Shown here: positions 1 to 8,279 of the stretch, piece by piece | Position numbering within the stretch: the first letter of the stretch is position 1 | Layout of the letters: every line of letters begins with the position of its first letter | IMG/VR virus record: IMGVR_UViG_3300037461_001255 | Span: 1 to 26,262 of that record | DNA: 26,262 nt | Source of the DNA: a virus | Lineage: Duplodnaviria > Caudoviricetes | Reading direction: 5' to 3' (one strand) | The notes under the pieces: generated by a model | What the model was told of the DNA's origin: nothing | The model's database searches: none | Seen by the model: only the letters and a program-made list of their open reading frames with translations | Program-made: the position numbers and the translations under genes

Positions 1-114
1 CCAGCGCGTCGCCCAGCGGCACTCTTCCCCGTTGTCGTCAACAAACGTCTGTCCATATAGTGCAGATTTCCGATTTCTGACCTCTGACCTCTGATCTCTG
101 TTATTTCTTCGCAT
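1..114 (-). CDS. 5' part of early-operon hypothetical protein (runs off window)
   Basis: AGGAG SD then ATG at 114, open to position 1 (MRRNNRDQRSEVRNRKSALYGQTF...); N-terminus includes a CAGAGGT heptamer run. Confidence 0.65.
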   Translation of the reverse strand, partial: MRRNNRDQRSEVRNRKSALYGQTFVDDNGEECRWATRW

Positions 115-122
115 AGTTGCTC

Positions 123-1166
123 CTAGTTGTTTTCGTATTTTGCAAGAATGTCGTAAGCCTGAATGAAGTGCTGCCAATCGATCGGCACGTCTGCTTTTTT
201 GGCCTTGGTTCCCGCCGACTGCAAAAACTTGACGTACATTCCCAGGCCGCTTTGCGCCAGCATCTCGCGGATGATGTTGTATTCCGGCGACTGTGCCGAC
301 GGGGCTTCCAGCCCGAACGATCGGGCGATTTCATCAATGTCGGACTTCGGCGGGGTCTTCGGAAGATTGACTTTAATAATGCCTCTGCGTCGCAACTGCT
401 CCAGCATCAGGGAGAGTTTCCCGCGTTCGATCTGGTCGCGCAGAACGTGCGTTCCGCACAGCACCATGCCGCATTTTGTGCGGTCATGGATTTCGCGGAT
501 AAACTCCAGCACCTTGACCGTGCTGGTCGTGGTGTACGAAGAAAAGCACTGATGCACTTCATCCACAATAATCAGGTTCCGGTGATCGATGGATTTCAGA
601 ATGCGTTCGCGCAGCAGCTCAAAGCATGAGTTGGCCGAAACAAAACAAACCTTGGCGAATTCGCGGGCCACAAGTTGCACCCCCGCGCTGGCGGGCAGCC
701 GGATATATTTCGTCTGGCCGTGATTGTTCTGCCGGGCATATTCTTCCAGCGCCATCGTCTTTCCCTGCTGGCTGTCGCCGAAAATAAACGCGATGCTCTG
801 ACTATTCAGGGCAGACTCGCACACCTCAAAAATCATTTTTGCGGTCTTGGTTTTAACAAACTGCACGTTCGGGATCGTTGACCTGTCCAGCGACAGATTA
901 TTGCACCGGGCAACTTTTAAGCAAAAGTTGTCGAGCTTCGCGCCGTATTCATTTCGCAGCACCCGGTAGAGGGTTGACCCGTCAACGCCAAGTTCACCGG
1001 CGGCCTGTTTCAGTGTCCATCCGTTTGCCCTGGCGAATGAATAAAACGACCAGATTTGATTGCTCTGTTCCTGATTGATGACCCCGGCTTCAATCATTTT
1101 CGCTAAATTCACTTTGACGGTATCGGCTCCGATATTAAACGTCTCATTGACCTTTCGTTCTTCCAT
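123..1166 (-). CDS. MuB-like DNA transposition AAA+ ATPase
   Basis: N-terminal HTH (TLKQAAGELGVDGSTLYRVL), Walker A GDSQQGKT, Walker B IIVDEVH, directly downstream of the transposase. Confidence 0.92.
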   Translation of the reverse strand: MEERKVNETFNIGADTVKVNLAKMIEAGVINQEQSNQIWSFYSFARANGWTLKQAAGELGVDGSTLYRVLRNEYGAKLDNFCLKVARCNNLSLDRSTIPNVQFVKTKTAKMIFEVCESALNSQSIAFIFGDSQQGKTMALEEYARQNNHGQTKYIRLPASAGVQLVAREFAKVCFVSANSCFELLRERILKSIDHRNLIIVDEVHQCFSSYTTTSTVKVLEFIREIHDRTKCGMVLCGTHVLRDQIERGKLSLMLEQLRRRGIIKVNLPKTPPKSDIDEIARSFGLEAPSAQSPEYNIIREMLAQSGLGMYVKFLQSAGTKAKKADVPIDWQHFIQAYDILAKYENN

Positions 1167-1193
1167 TTTTATTCCCCTTTTTCTGTGGTTTTT

Positions 1194-3257
1194 TTAAAAA
1201 AGACTGCTCAACCCCTGCGGTTCAACTTCCTCTTCGACAAAATCTGATGCTGAAAAAACATCGTCCAGCGTGCCCTTTGATGTTCGGGCGCGGTTATCCG
1301 CCTCGATCTCTTGTTTTGTAACCGCCTCGCCGCGCATCACGCGGGCGTTGTGCTCGTGCATATTCTGCTTCTGCCGCGCCTCCTGCGCGTGCCGCGCACG
1401 CAGCGGTTCCAGCAGTTCCTTTTCGAGGTGCATGGACTTCCCGATCTGCCGATGGATCGCCTCGGTATCCGTGCTGCATGGGGTCTGCAACCGCCGTGCA
1501 ACGCCGATAAAAGAGTTGTCTTCCGATGCCACAAACACCGCCGACGGATCAAACGGCGTGGCATAAATCGCGAACGCCGCGCCCGGCTGGAGCATCACCA
1601 GCTCGCCGTGTTCGGTCTCCACCTGGGCCAGATAGCGATGGATGCCGGGGCCGATGCGCCGATCCTGAAACGCGATCAGCCGGTCATCGCCCACCCGCAG
1701 CATCTTGGCGTTCTTTTCGCCGAGAATCAGCGGCACATAATGCGCAGGGAGCTGCACCAGCTCGCGCCGACCCGCCAGCCAGACTTCCATCGGGGAGAGT
1801 TTCCGTGTACGAATCATGCCCGGAGAATGCTCAATCACGGCCAGCACTGCGTCGCGCCGATCCGGCGGCATTCCCAGCAGATTGCGCGTCGGCATCCAGT
1901 CGGATGCGCCGCCCAGGCAATACTCGCTAACCGTCAAACCAGCCTCCTGCCAGCCTTCGAGGTCATGCTCCGTGCGCCAGTTAATGCGCTCGTAGAGTTC
2001 AGCGACGGCCTGCTTCCAGACCGGAAAATCCATAAACGGCGTGATGATCTGTTCCGCCCGATGCGCAGGCAGTTGGCTCATCGCCTTTATTAAGGTGTTG
2101 TTATATTGGTCGCGCCCATGCAGCTCTTCCGGCGAATGATCGCGGTCCTTGCCCACCTGACCGGGCAGCGCGGCCAGTTCGTTGTGCTTCAGATTGTGAT
2201 GCGATTCAAGGGCCGCTTTGAATCGGCTATTGCCTTTGCCCCGACCTTGGAAAAAGCCATCGTGGGCCGCTGCGCCGTGAATTCCGCCGCGTGCTACGGT
2301 CACCGCGCCGCCCGTCCAGTTGAAAAGCAGTTCGGCCAAATCATCGCGCACTGCCGCCGTGCCATGTTCCACATGCAGACAGCAGCCCGCCGGATGATAG
2401 CCAAGGGTGCAGAGCACATGGCACAGCAAGAAACGCATTTCAGACTCACGCAGCGTCTCGCGCTTGCCGGTCGCTTCATCTTCGGTCATCGGCTGGGCAC
2501 CAAACGCCACCTGACAGGCTGAAAACAAGTCGAGGCAGGAAAACTCTAAAGGCCGCATCGCCTGCCGGTTCATCCCCAAATAGTTGACCTTGTTATCATG
2601 CCACACGTCATCAAAAACATAAACCTGCCCCGGGCGCATTCCCACGCGGGTCGTATAAACCAGCGGACGGAACGCCGCCGCCGCACTGCGCCCAATCCGC
2701 GCCGCCGTCAGCTCGAACTTGGTCGGCTTATAGCGTTGCAGATTGCGCTCGCCCCAGCCGGGCGGCATCGGTGGATTCATCGGGCACTTTTCCGGCGGAC
2801 GGCCCGCGCCCGCATCCATCCAGATATTCCGCCACGTTCCAATGCCCGGAATCTGCTCGCCCGCCCGGTACCGGCGAATCAATTCGCGATACGCCGCTTT
2901 GCTATTTCGCTGATAATTCTCCTGCAAACCCAGCCAGTACTGGACAAACAGGGCAGGCTGGCCGCCGGGCGTATTCGGCGCGGTGATGTCATGCTTAGGC
3001 AGCTTGGCTTTGTTCACCAGCGCCTTCCAGCCGGACTGCTTGAAGGCATAGTATTTGGTGCGGATGTTACCCGCGCTCAGGCTCTTGGAGCCCGGATAGC
3101 GTTTCGAGATCTCCGCAAACGCCTTGCTCTTGCTCTTCGCCGCCTCGATCTCCGCCATAATCTTCGTCCACAGTTGGAGTTCAGCTTTCACGGGGTCCGG
3201 CAGCTTGGCAAAATCAAGCGTCTCGGTCGCGGGGATGATGGACAGTGCGGTTTGCAT
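1194..3257 (-). CDS. MuA-like DDE transposase
   Basis: 687 aa; RNase-H-like core motifs FDDVWHD / CLDLFS / VEHGTA / KAALESHHN; upstream of MuB-like ATPase. Confidence 0.88.
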   Translation of the reverse strand: MQTALSIIPATETLDFAKLPDPVKAELQLWTKIMAEIEAAKSKSKAFAEISKRYPGSKSLSAGNIRTKYYAFKQSGWKALVNKAKLPKHDITAPNTPGGQPALFVQYWLGLQENYQRNSKAAYRELIRRYRAGEQIPGIGTWRNIWMDAGAGRPPEKCPMNPPMPPGWGERNLQRYKPTKFELTAARIGRSAAAAFRPLVYTTRVGMRPGQVYVFDDVWHDNKVNYLGMNRQAMRPLEFSCLDLFSACQVAFGAQPMTEDEATGKRETLRESEMRFLLCHVLCTLGYHPAGCCLHVEHGTAAVRDDLAELLFNWTGGAVTVARGGIHGAAAHDGFFQGRGKGNSRFKAALESHHNLKHNELAALPGQVGKDRDHSPEELHGRDQYNNTLIKAMSQLPAHRAEQIITPFMDFPVWKQAVAELYERINWRTEHDLEGWQEAGLTVSEYCLGGASDWMPTRNLLGMPPDRRDAVLAVIEHSPGMIRTRKLSPMEVWLAGRRELVQLPAHYVPLILGEKNAKMLRVGDDRLIAFQDRRIGPGIHRYLAQVETEHGELVMLQPGAAFAIYATPFDPSAVFVASEDNSFIGVARRLQTPCSTDTEAIHRQIGKSMHLEKELLEPLRARHAQEARQKQNMHEHNARVMRGEAVTKQEIEADNRARTSKGTLDDVFSASDFVEEEVEPQGLSSLF

Positions 3258-3342
3258 ATTTTTCCGATTTCAGTTTTTTCACCACAAAATTCACAAAAAG
3301 CTCAAAAGCATGGTTCTGTGTTTTCTGTGGTTAAATTCTCGT

Positions 3343-4167
3343 TTATTTCCCCTTCACCACTTGATTCATCTTCTTGGCCATCGGCCAGATCACGGAATGA
3401 ATCGCCGCGATTTCATCGGCGGACAGCTCCGCCCAGTCGTCGTTATGGTTCACGATCGCGTTGACGATCTCCGTCCACGAATTCCGGAGCGAAAAAATCC
3501 GTGCCTCTTGCGGTGAAACCGTCTTTTCAGAAGACTCAGACCCGGCGCGTTTTTTGATGCCCAGATTATGCAGCAGGGCGGTCGGGCCGACCCCGCCGGT
3601 AAAGTCCATCATCAGTTGTTCCGCCTCTTTAACGGCCTCCGGCGCATTATCTGCACTCGGGTTGCAAAGCGTCAGCAAAGCCTGTTCACCATGCGCCTTG
3701 CAGAACTTTTCCGCCGCCCGGCGGCAGTACTGCGCCCAACTGTCATTGATTTTTGTGTTGTCCATAAGCCACTTATTCAGCGAGCCATGCGGCAACTCTC
3801 GTTTTGCAATCATCACCAGAAAACCAATCTCAACCACGGCCCGGCTGGCCGCTCTCGACGGGTTTTTAATCATCTCATAGCGGTAATTCACATGCGCCGC
3901 CAAACTTTGCAAGTCTAGCGAAAACCCCACTTGGTGGGGATTTGAATCCGGTTCCACCACCGCCACGGACCGCGACGAGGGCGTCGCGGCTACGTTTTCC
4001 CGGCCCAGTTTCGTGCGGATTGCGTCGCGGACATCCTCGTCGTCGGTGTAGCGGAGCAGTGTTTCCAGATGGCCCGGCTCGCCCGAATAGGTTCCGCAGC
4101 GGATTTCTAAAATCTGTTCGCTTTTTTCCATCCCTTGGAAGTGTTCGATATATTTAGCTAATGGCAT
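3343..4167 (-). CDS. DUF3102-like early phage protein
   Basis: Motif IGFLVMIAKRELPHGSLNKWL typical of DUF3102; usual position upstream of MuA. Confidence 0.7.
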   Translation of the reverse strand: MPLAKYIEHFQGMEKSEQILEIRCGTYSGEPGHLETLLRYTDDEDVRDAIRTKLGRENVAATPSSRSVAVVEPDSNPHQVGFSLDLQSLAAHVNYRYEMIKNPSRAASRAVVEIGFLVMIAKRELPHGSLNKWLMDNTKINDSWAQYCRRAAEKFCKAHGEQALLTLCNPSADNAPEAVKEAEQLMMDFTGGVGPTALLHNLGIKKRAGSESSEKTVSPQEARIFSLRNSWTEIVNAIVNHNDDWAELSADEIAAIHSVIWPMAKKMNQVVKGK

Positions 4168-4242
4168 ATTCCCCTCTTTCTTTGTTTTCTTTGTGTTTTT
4201 TGTGGCTAAAATCTTCTTCTGTGTTTTCTGTGTATTCTGTGG

Positions 4243-4689
4243 TTAAAAATTCCCTTCCCGTCTGCGGTTCACATACGCGACCAGATCGCACAGCGGTATC
4301 CGCCAGTCGCTCCGGATCGAATCCTTGCTCGCCAGATTGATCGCATTCGGGAACTCCCCGTCTCTAATATGGTTATAGATATGCTGATCAGAGCAGTGCA
4401 GCGCCCTGGCCACGCGCACCGCCGTCAGCAAGTCATCGGTCGGGAACCTGAAATAGAGCTGATCGGCATACTGTGCGTTCAGGTACGAGATGAAATTCTT
4501 CAGCGGAATCCGGTAAGCCGCCACCGCCGCGCAATCGCTCGTGATCTTGATCGCCGCCAGCTTGCCGCTGTAGATCGCCTGATAAACCAGCTCAACGTCG
4601 CACCCGAGAGCCTTGGCGGCTTCGAGTGGTTTGATCGGATCGTGGCAAGGTATCCGGAAGTCAAACTCGAGTTGGTTGGTTGGTTTCAT
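4243..4689 (-). CDS. Tandem excisionase/MerR-like (HTH_17-type) DNA-binding protein
   Basis: Two internally repeated HTH units: PLEAAKALGCDVELVYQAIYSGKL...YRIPL and AVRVARALHCSDQHIYNHIRDGEF...WRIPL. Confidence 0.75.
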   Translation of the reverse strand: MKPTNQLEFDFRIPCHDPIKPLEAAKALGCDVELVYQAIYSGKLAAIKITSDCAAVAAYRIPLKNFISYLNAQYADQLYFRFPTDDLLTAVRVARALHCSDQHIYNHIRDGEFPNAINLASKDSIRSDWRIPLCDLVAYVNRRREGNF

Positions 4690-4693
4690 TCGC

Positions 4694-4951
4694 TCACACC
4701 TCTTTAACGGTCACTTTTTTGAGCAGCCGAGCCGATTTACGCTCGCCGCGCAGGTAGCGCGACAGATGGCCGGGGGTCACGCCCAGCCTTTTCGCCTCGC
4801 GGCGCACGCCGTGAAACGAGTTGTTTGTTTTGTCGTAGATGACTCCTGCCGACTGATCTGGCTTCGTGGTTGATGGCGCAACCAACTCCTTTAGTTCGGA
4901 CAGGTTTGCCTGGATTTCATCAATCAACTGCATTGCGGTTTTTTCGCTCAT
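4694..4951 (-). CDS. Small Cro/Ner-like HTH protein
   Basis: GVRREAKRLGVTPGHLSRYLRGERKS HTH; AGGAG SD. Confidence 0.75.
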   Translation of the reverse strand: MSEKTAMQLIDEIQANLSELKELVAPSTTKPDQSAGVIYDKTNNSFHGVRREAKRLGVTPGHLSRYLRGERKSARLLKKVTVKEV

Positions 4952-4966
4952 GACAGCTCCTTTGGG

Positions 4967-5128
4967 TTATTTAACTTCTTTTAGCCGGACCTGTTTCATC
5001 AGACGCTTTGATTTTCGGTTCCCGGAGAGAACCTGCCAGAGGTGGACCCGAGACACTCCGAGTCGGGCGGCTTCGGCCTGAATTCCGAGGTATCGGGGTC
5101 CGTTTGGCGTTCGTACTTTTGTGATCAT
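4967..5128 (-). CDS. Small Cro/Ner-like HTH protein (53 aa), first early gene
   Basis: ATG at 5128 with AAGGA SD; GIQAEAARLGVSRVHLWQVLSGNRKS HTH. Confidence 0.75.
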   Translation of the reverse strand: MITKVRTPNGPRYLGIQAEAARLGVSRVHLWQVLSGNRKSKRLMKQVRLKEVK

Positions 5129-5140
5129 GGTTTTTTCCTT

Positions 5141-5300
5141 GTGTGTAACACGTGTTGCGAGTAACATGACAACGTTTTACCACAACAGAAAACCGTTGCA
5201 ACAACTTTTCTGCGTTTTCTGTGGGCAATTTTCCTCCTGAAAAATAAATCCGTTTTGTGTAACAAAACCGTTGACATTAATTTGGCAATATGCGACCCTG
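5141..5300. promoter_or_regulatory. Divergent promoter/operator region
   Basis: AT-rich; G(T/C)AACA boxes at 5145, 5161, 5198 and 5259 plus the near-palindrome GTAACACGTGTTGC (5145-5158); rightward TTGACA at 5271; possible leftward TTGCAA..TGgTAAAAC (5201-5174). Confidence 0.55.
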
Positions 5301-5354
5301 CATTTGTCTAAGAGAGACAAGGGACCCGGCCCCACCGGGAATGAGGAGACGAAA

Positions 5355-5966
5355 ATGAAAACGACAACGACAACGATCAGCCTGAAGGACAGCAGGGAAG
5401 TCACCGGCGGAACAAACGGATATCCAGTTCCATTTCTTGGTGCCGCAGTATTCGCAGACACGCTTGAAGAACTCAAGGAACTGTCTGAAAAGTTCGAAGT
5501 CCACATCCACGACTTCAAATGGAAGGCGGGCTGGCACAATTGCGCCGACGGGGGCGGCGTTGACCCCGATCAGAGCAGAGATCTTAATTTTAACGAGCTG
5601 GTAAGACTGGCTGACAAGCACGACGACGGCGAAGTGATCGACCTCAAGACGTTTGATGAACTCGCGTGGGTCAACGAACAGGTTGAGTGGTGGTCAGATG
5701 ATGGCGAACTGTCGGCGGAAATCCTCGAAGCAATTAACAACTGCGCGAAAGAACTGTCTAAGCTGAAAGACATTAGCTGCGATGCGGCCACGGTCCGCGA
5801 CCTGCAAGTTAATGAGACTTATAGCGCCCTGTGGTCTGGGTTTGGCTATGACTCAAGCTATTGCAAGATCGGTCTTTTCCTCGAGCGTGAAGAATGGGAG
5901 ATCAACTGGACAAATAACGTCGCCACTCGCCGCGAAGAAGAAGAAGAAGAAGAAAATGGAAACTAA
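5355..5966 (+). CDS. Acidic hypothetical protein (203 aa)
   Basis: GAGGAG SD before ATG 5355; strongly D/E-rich with a poly-E tail. Confidence 0.8.
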   Translation: MKTTTTTISLKDSREVTGGTNGYPVPFLGAAVFADTLEELKELSEKFEVHIHDFKWKAGWHNCADGGGVDPDQSRDLNFNELVRLADKHDDGEVIDLKTFDELAWVNEQVEWWSDDGELSAEILEAINNCAKELSKLKDISCDAATVRDLQVNETYSALWSGFGYDSSYCKIGLFLEREEWEINWTNNVATRREEEEEEENGN

Positions 5967-6141
5967 CTCAAAACCAAGCGGCAACCTGGGCAACCAGAAC
6001 GCCGCCAAAGAAAACCCCCTTAACAGCACCCTGCACATCCGGTGCAGGGGTGCTGAAAAGGCCTGCTGGGTTCGCGCCGCTCGCGGCAAACCCCTGCCGA
6101 TCTGGGTGCGCGACACCCTGAACCGGTCCGCAACCGGTTAG
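5956..6141 (+). CDS. Small probable ribbon-helix-helix DNA-binding protein (61 aa)
   Basis: ATG 5956 overlaps the previous gene; GNQNAAK motif then STLHIRC...EKACWVRAA...LPIWVRDTLN strand-helix-helix pattern. Confidence 0.65.
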   Translation: METNSKPSGNLGNQNAAKENPLNSTLHIRCRGAEKACWVRAARGKPLPIWVRDTLNRSATG

Positions 6142-6184
6142 CGGAAGGGCGGATAATTATCCGCCCATACCGCGCCCATACACG

Positions 6185-6246
6185 CCCCCAACTCACCCAA
6201 CCGCGTCCGGCCCCCGGCGCGGTTTTTTGTTTTAGTTGTGCACATG
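6185..6246 (+). promoter_or_regulatory. Putative activator-dependent late promoter 1
   Basis: 28-bp box CCCCCAACTCACCCAACCGCGTCCGGCC identical to 11574-11601; TG-n-TTTAGT at the same offset as in copy 2; then GTGCACATG. Confidence 0.6.
6201..6233 (+). terminator. Probable intrinsic terminator of the 5355-6141 operon
   Basis: CCGCG(T)CCGG-CCC-CCGGCGCGG stem followed by TTTTTTGTTTT. Confidence 0.55.
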
Positions 6247-6288
6247 ATAAATCCACACAACGCGAAAACAAAACGCAAGGAGGTCGAT

Positions 6289-6483
6289 ATGCCAGTGCGG
6301 CCAAAACCCGCAACCCGATTAAACACAAAGGCACAAAGAACTCTAAGTTTTGGACTTAGTGGCCTTCGTGCCCTTTGTGTTAATTCGTTGCGAACTCCCC
6401 TCTTCGCGTCTTCGCGTCTTGGCGGTCAAACTCTTCCACTTGCCACCTGCCACCTGCCACTCGCCACCGGAGGTCTCTCATGA
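6289..6483 (+). CDS. Repeat-built short ORF (alternative start 6244)
   Basis: AAGGAGGT SD (6277-6284); body made of repeat units; stop overlaps the next ATG (ATGA). Confidence 0.4.
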   Translation: MPVRPKPATRLNTKAQRTLSFGLSGLRALCVNSLRTPLFASSRLGGQTLPLATCHLPLATGGLS

Positions 6484-6869
6484 TCCAGCACACCATCAAC
6501 ACCGCCTCGCCGTTTATCATCGCCACGGCAGGCATCAATGGCATCACCGACACCGAGCTGGGCAAATCCCTGCTGATCATCATGGCGCTGGCCGTCATCG
6601 TCAATCAGGTCTGGACGGTCATCGAGAAGATCATCGACCGCATCAAAACCAAGCCCACCGACATCACCGGGCTGGCCGGGATCGAAATCTGCGATGAGCG
6701 CCATTTAAAGATCAACGCCGACATCGCACGTGTCGCCGCCGATCTCAACGAACTCAGGCGGGAGATGCGCGAGGATATCAAAGGGGTTAAGGCGTGCTTT
6801 GAAGATGTCATGAAAGGCGTTTCACGGCTTGAAGGTCGAATTGATGCGAGGAAAAAAAATGAATATTAA
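6480..6869 (+). CDS. Membrane protein with C-terminal coiled coil (holin-like/Mu gp25-like position)
   Basis: GGAGG SD; TM segment LLIIMALAVIVNQVW; amphipathic coiled-coil C-terminus. Confidence 0.65.
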   Translation: MIQHTINTASPFIIATAGINGITDTELGKSLLIIMALAVIVNQVWTVIEKIIDRIKTKPTDITGLAGIEICDERHLKINADIARVAADLNELRREMREDIKGVKACFEDVMKGVSRLEGRIDARKKNEY

Positions 6870-7098
6870 ATTGGCCATTCTTGGCGTGTTAAAAGATTGC
6901 GGACGCTGGGCGCTTATAACGTCGATTTTAAAAACCGAGGTGCGCATCCGTGTTGGTGGGCCGCTTGGCGACAGCGAGTTTTTCGACGCCCTCACGCAAC
7001 TTAAAGACAAGGGTCTCGTAAACACCCGCATCGACGACATCACCGGCGACACCCGCTACTTTATTACTGAACAAGGAAAAACCGCCCTCGCTCAATAG
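6859..7098 (+). CDS. Winged-helix protein (Mu gp26-like position)
   Basis: ATG 6859; ALTQLKDKGLV...YFITEQGKTAL wHTH signature. Confidence 0.7.
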   Translation: MNIKLAILGVLKDCGRWALITSILKTEVRIRVGGPLGDSEFFDALTQLKDKGLVNTRIDDITGDTRYFITEQGKTALAQ

Positions 7099-7106
7099 AA
7101 AACGCA

Positions 7107-7418
7107 ATGAAAAAGCCCTCTAAAAACTCTGCTCCTCTGCGCCTCTGCGATGGTAAGGGCGAAACATCTTTCGCCCTATCCACCGCCGAGGCCATCTCCG
7201 CCAAGATCGCCCTGCAATCCGCGCTGGAGATGGTGTCCGGAGTCCGGCGCCAGATCAACCCCGGTCTGCTCACCACGCAGCTCGACCAGGCCGAGCGCAA
7301 GATCAGCCTCGGCATCACCGCGCTGCGCGACGCGAACAGGTCAGATGTCGGAAGTCAGAGGTCAGAGGTCGGAGATCAGAAGACCGCCAAGACGCGAAGA
7401 CGCAAAGGAACGAAATGA
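7107..7418 (+). CDS. Hypothetical protein with repeat-derived termini
   Basis: Ordinary-looking central helical part; N-terminus from CTCTGCG repeats plus a REP palindrome; C-terminus from CAGAGGT and GACGCGAA repeats; ATGA overlap with the next gene. Confidence 0.6.
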   Translation: MKKPSKNSAPLRLCDGKGETSFALSTAEAISAKIALQSALEMVSGVRRQINPGLLTTQLDQAERKISLGITALRDANRSDVGSQRSEVGDQKTAKTRRRKGTK

Positions 7419-7783
7419 AAAAAATGATTTTGCCCCTAATGATTTTGCCCCTGCTTTTTTCCGGCTGCGCGACGCGCCGCTATGTCGATCAGCAGTGCTA
7501 TGAGGCCCGCCGCGAAGCGCGGCAATATGCCCGCGAGTTAGATTATGACTGCCGTGAATATGCGCGGAATCAGGACATAAAACTCGAAGCCCGCGTTGAT
7601 GACCGCATTGATTTTCTTTTGCGCAAGTCCGACGTTGGCCGCGCCGCCTCTTCTCAAACCCGCCGGGATTTCCAATCTCTGCAAGAAATCCTCAATCGGC
7701 AATCTGAAATCGGCAATTGGAACTGCCCCCCAATCCGCAATCCGCAATCCGCAATCCCCAATCTGGAGCCCGGCAATGAGTAA
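7415..7783 (+). CDS. Lipoprotein (possible spanin-like)
   Basis: MKKMILPLMILPLLFSG-C lipobox; C-terminal AATCCGC repeats. Confidence 0.65.
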   Translation: MKKMILPLMILPLLFSGCATRRYVDQQCYEARREARQYARELDYDCREYARNQDIKLEARVDDRIDFLLRKSDVGRAASSQTRRDFQSLQEILNRQSEIGNWNCPPIRNPQSAIPNLEPGNE

Positions 7784-8279
7784 AACCCGTTCAGACTCCA
7801 AACTCGCCCCCCACGAAGATTTTATTTTTGAGCGCCTGGTCGATGGTAACGAGAGTTACCAAACCGTTGTCGATACACTCCAGCAAACCCTCGGAGTCCG
7901 CACGTCGGCCAGTGCGCTCAGCCAATTCTTCAACAAAAACAGTTGGCGTTGGCGGGCCGAACGCGCCGCATCGATGGCCAGCAGCATCGAGACCGCCCTA
8001 AAAGCCTCAGACTTTACGGAGGCCAAAGCCAAGGCCATCGCCCAGCGGGAATTTGAGATCGCGGCGGGCAACCTCTCCATCGACGACGTGGTCAAGCTCC
8101 GCAACCTCGACCTCAAGGCCCGCGCCATCGACCAGCAGCAGGCCGCGCTCGATCTGCGCATCCGCGAGCTCGAGCAGAAGGCAGCAGAAGTTCGCCGCAC
8201 CCTCGAACGCGCCAAGTCCAAAGGCTCCATCGACAAAGCCACCATCGCCGAAATCGAAGAAAAGCTCGGAATGCTCTAA
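7776..8279 (+). CDS. Mu gp27-like (DUF3486) protein, probable small terminase
   Basis: ATG 7776; RSDSKL...SYQTVVDTLQQTLGVRTSASALSQF HTH; immediately before TerL. Confidence 0.75.
   Translation: MSKTRSDSKLAPHEDFIFERLVDGNESYQTVVDTLQQTLGVRTSASALSQFFNKNSWRWRAERAASMASSIETALKASDFTEAKAKAIAQREFEIAAGNLSIDDVVKLRNLDLKARAIDQQQAALDLRIRELEQKAAEVRRTLERAKSKGSIDKATIAEIEEKLGML

Larger units (their letters stand above)
1179..7407. repeat. 8-9-nt repeat families (TTCTGTGTT/ACCACAGAA, CACAAAGG, GACGCGAA)
   Basis: 1179-1190, 3281-3332 (inverted pair), 4180-4244, 5206-5225, 6322-6381 (inverted pair), 6400-6426, 7126-7150, 7383-7407. Confidence 0.8.

Noticed and set aside
1311-3464. Long plus-strand ORFs antisense to the transposase, and minus-strand ORFs such as 15798-16775 and 12378-13094
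   Set aside because: Shadow ORFs expected from GC-rich codon bias on the opposite strand; no motifs or SD
5934-5955. (GAA)n tract as a phase-variation switch
   Set aside because: A triplet repeat preserves the frame; it only lengthens the poly-Glu tail and may serve as a purine-rich RBS
7596-7775. Longer start for the gp27-like gene; likewise the track starts at 5271, 5782, 14050, 20564 and 21585
   Set aside because: They overlap upstream genes, promoters or repeats; better SD or overlap-coupled ATGs exist downstream
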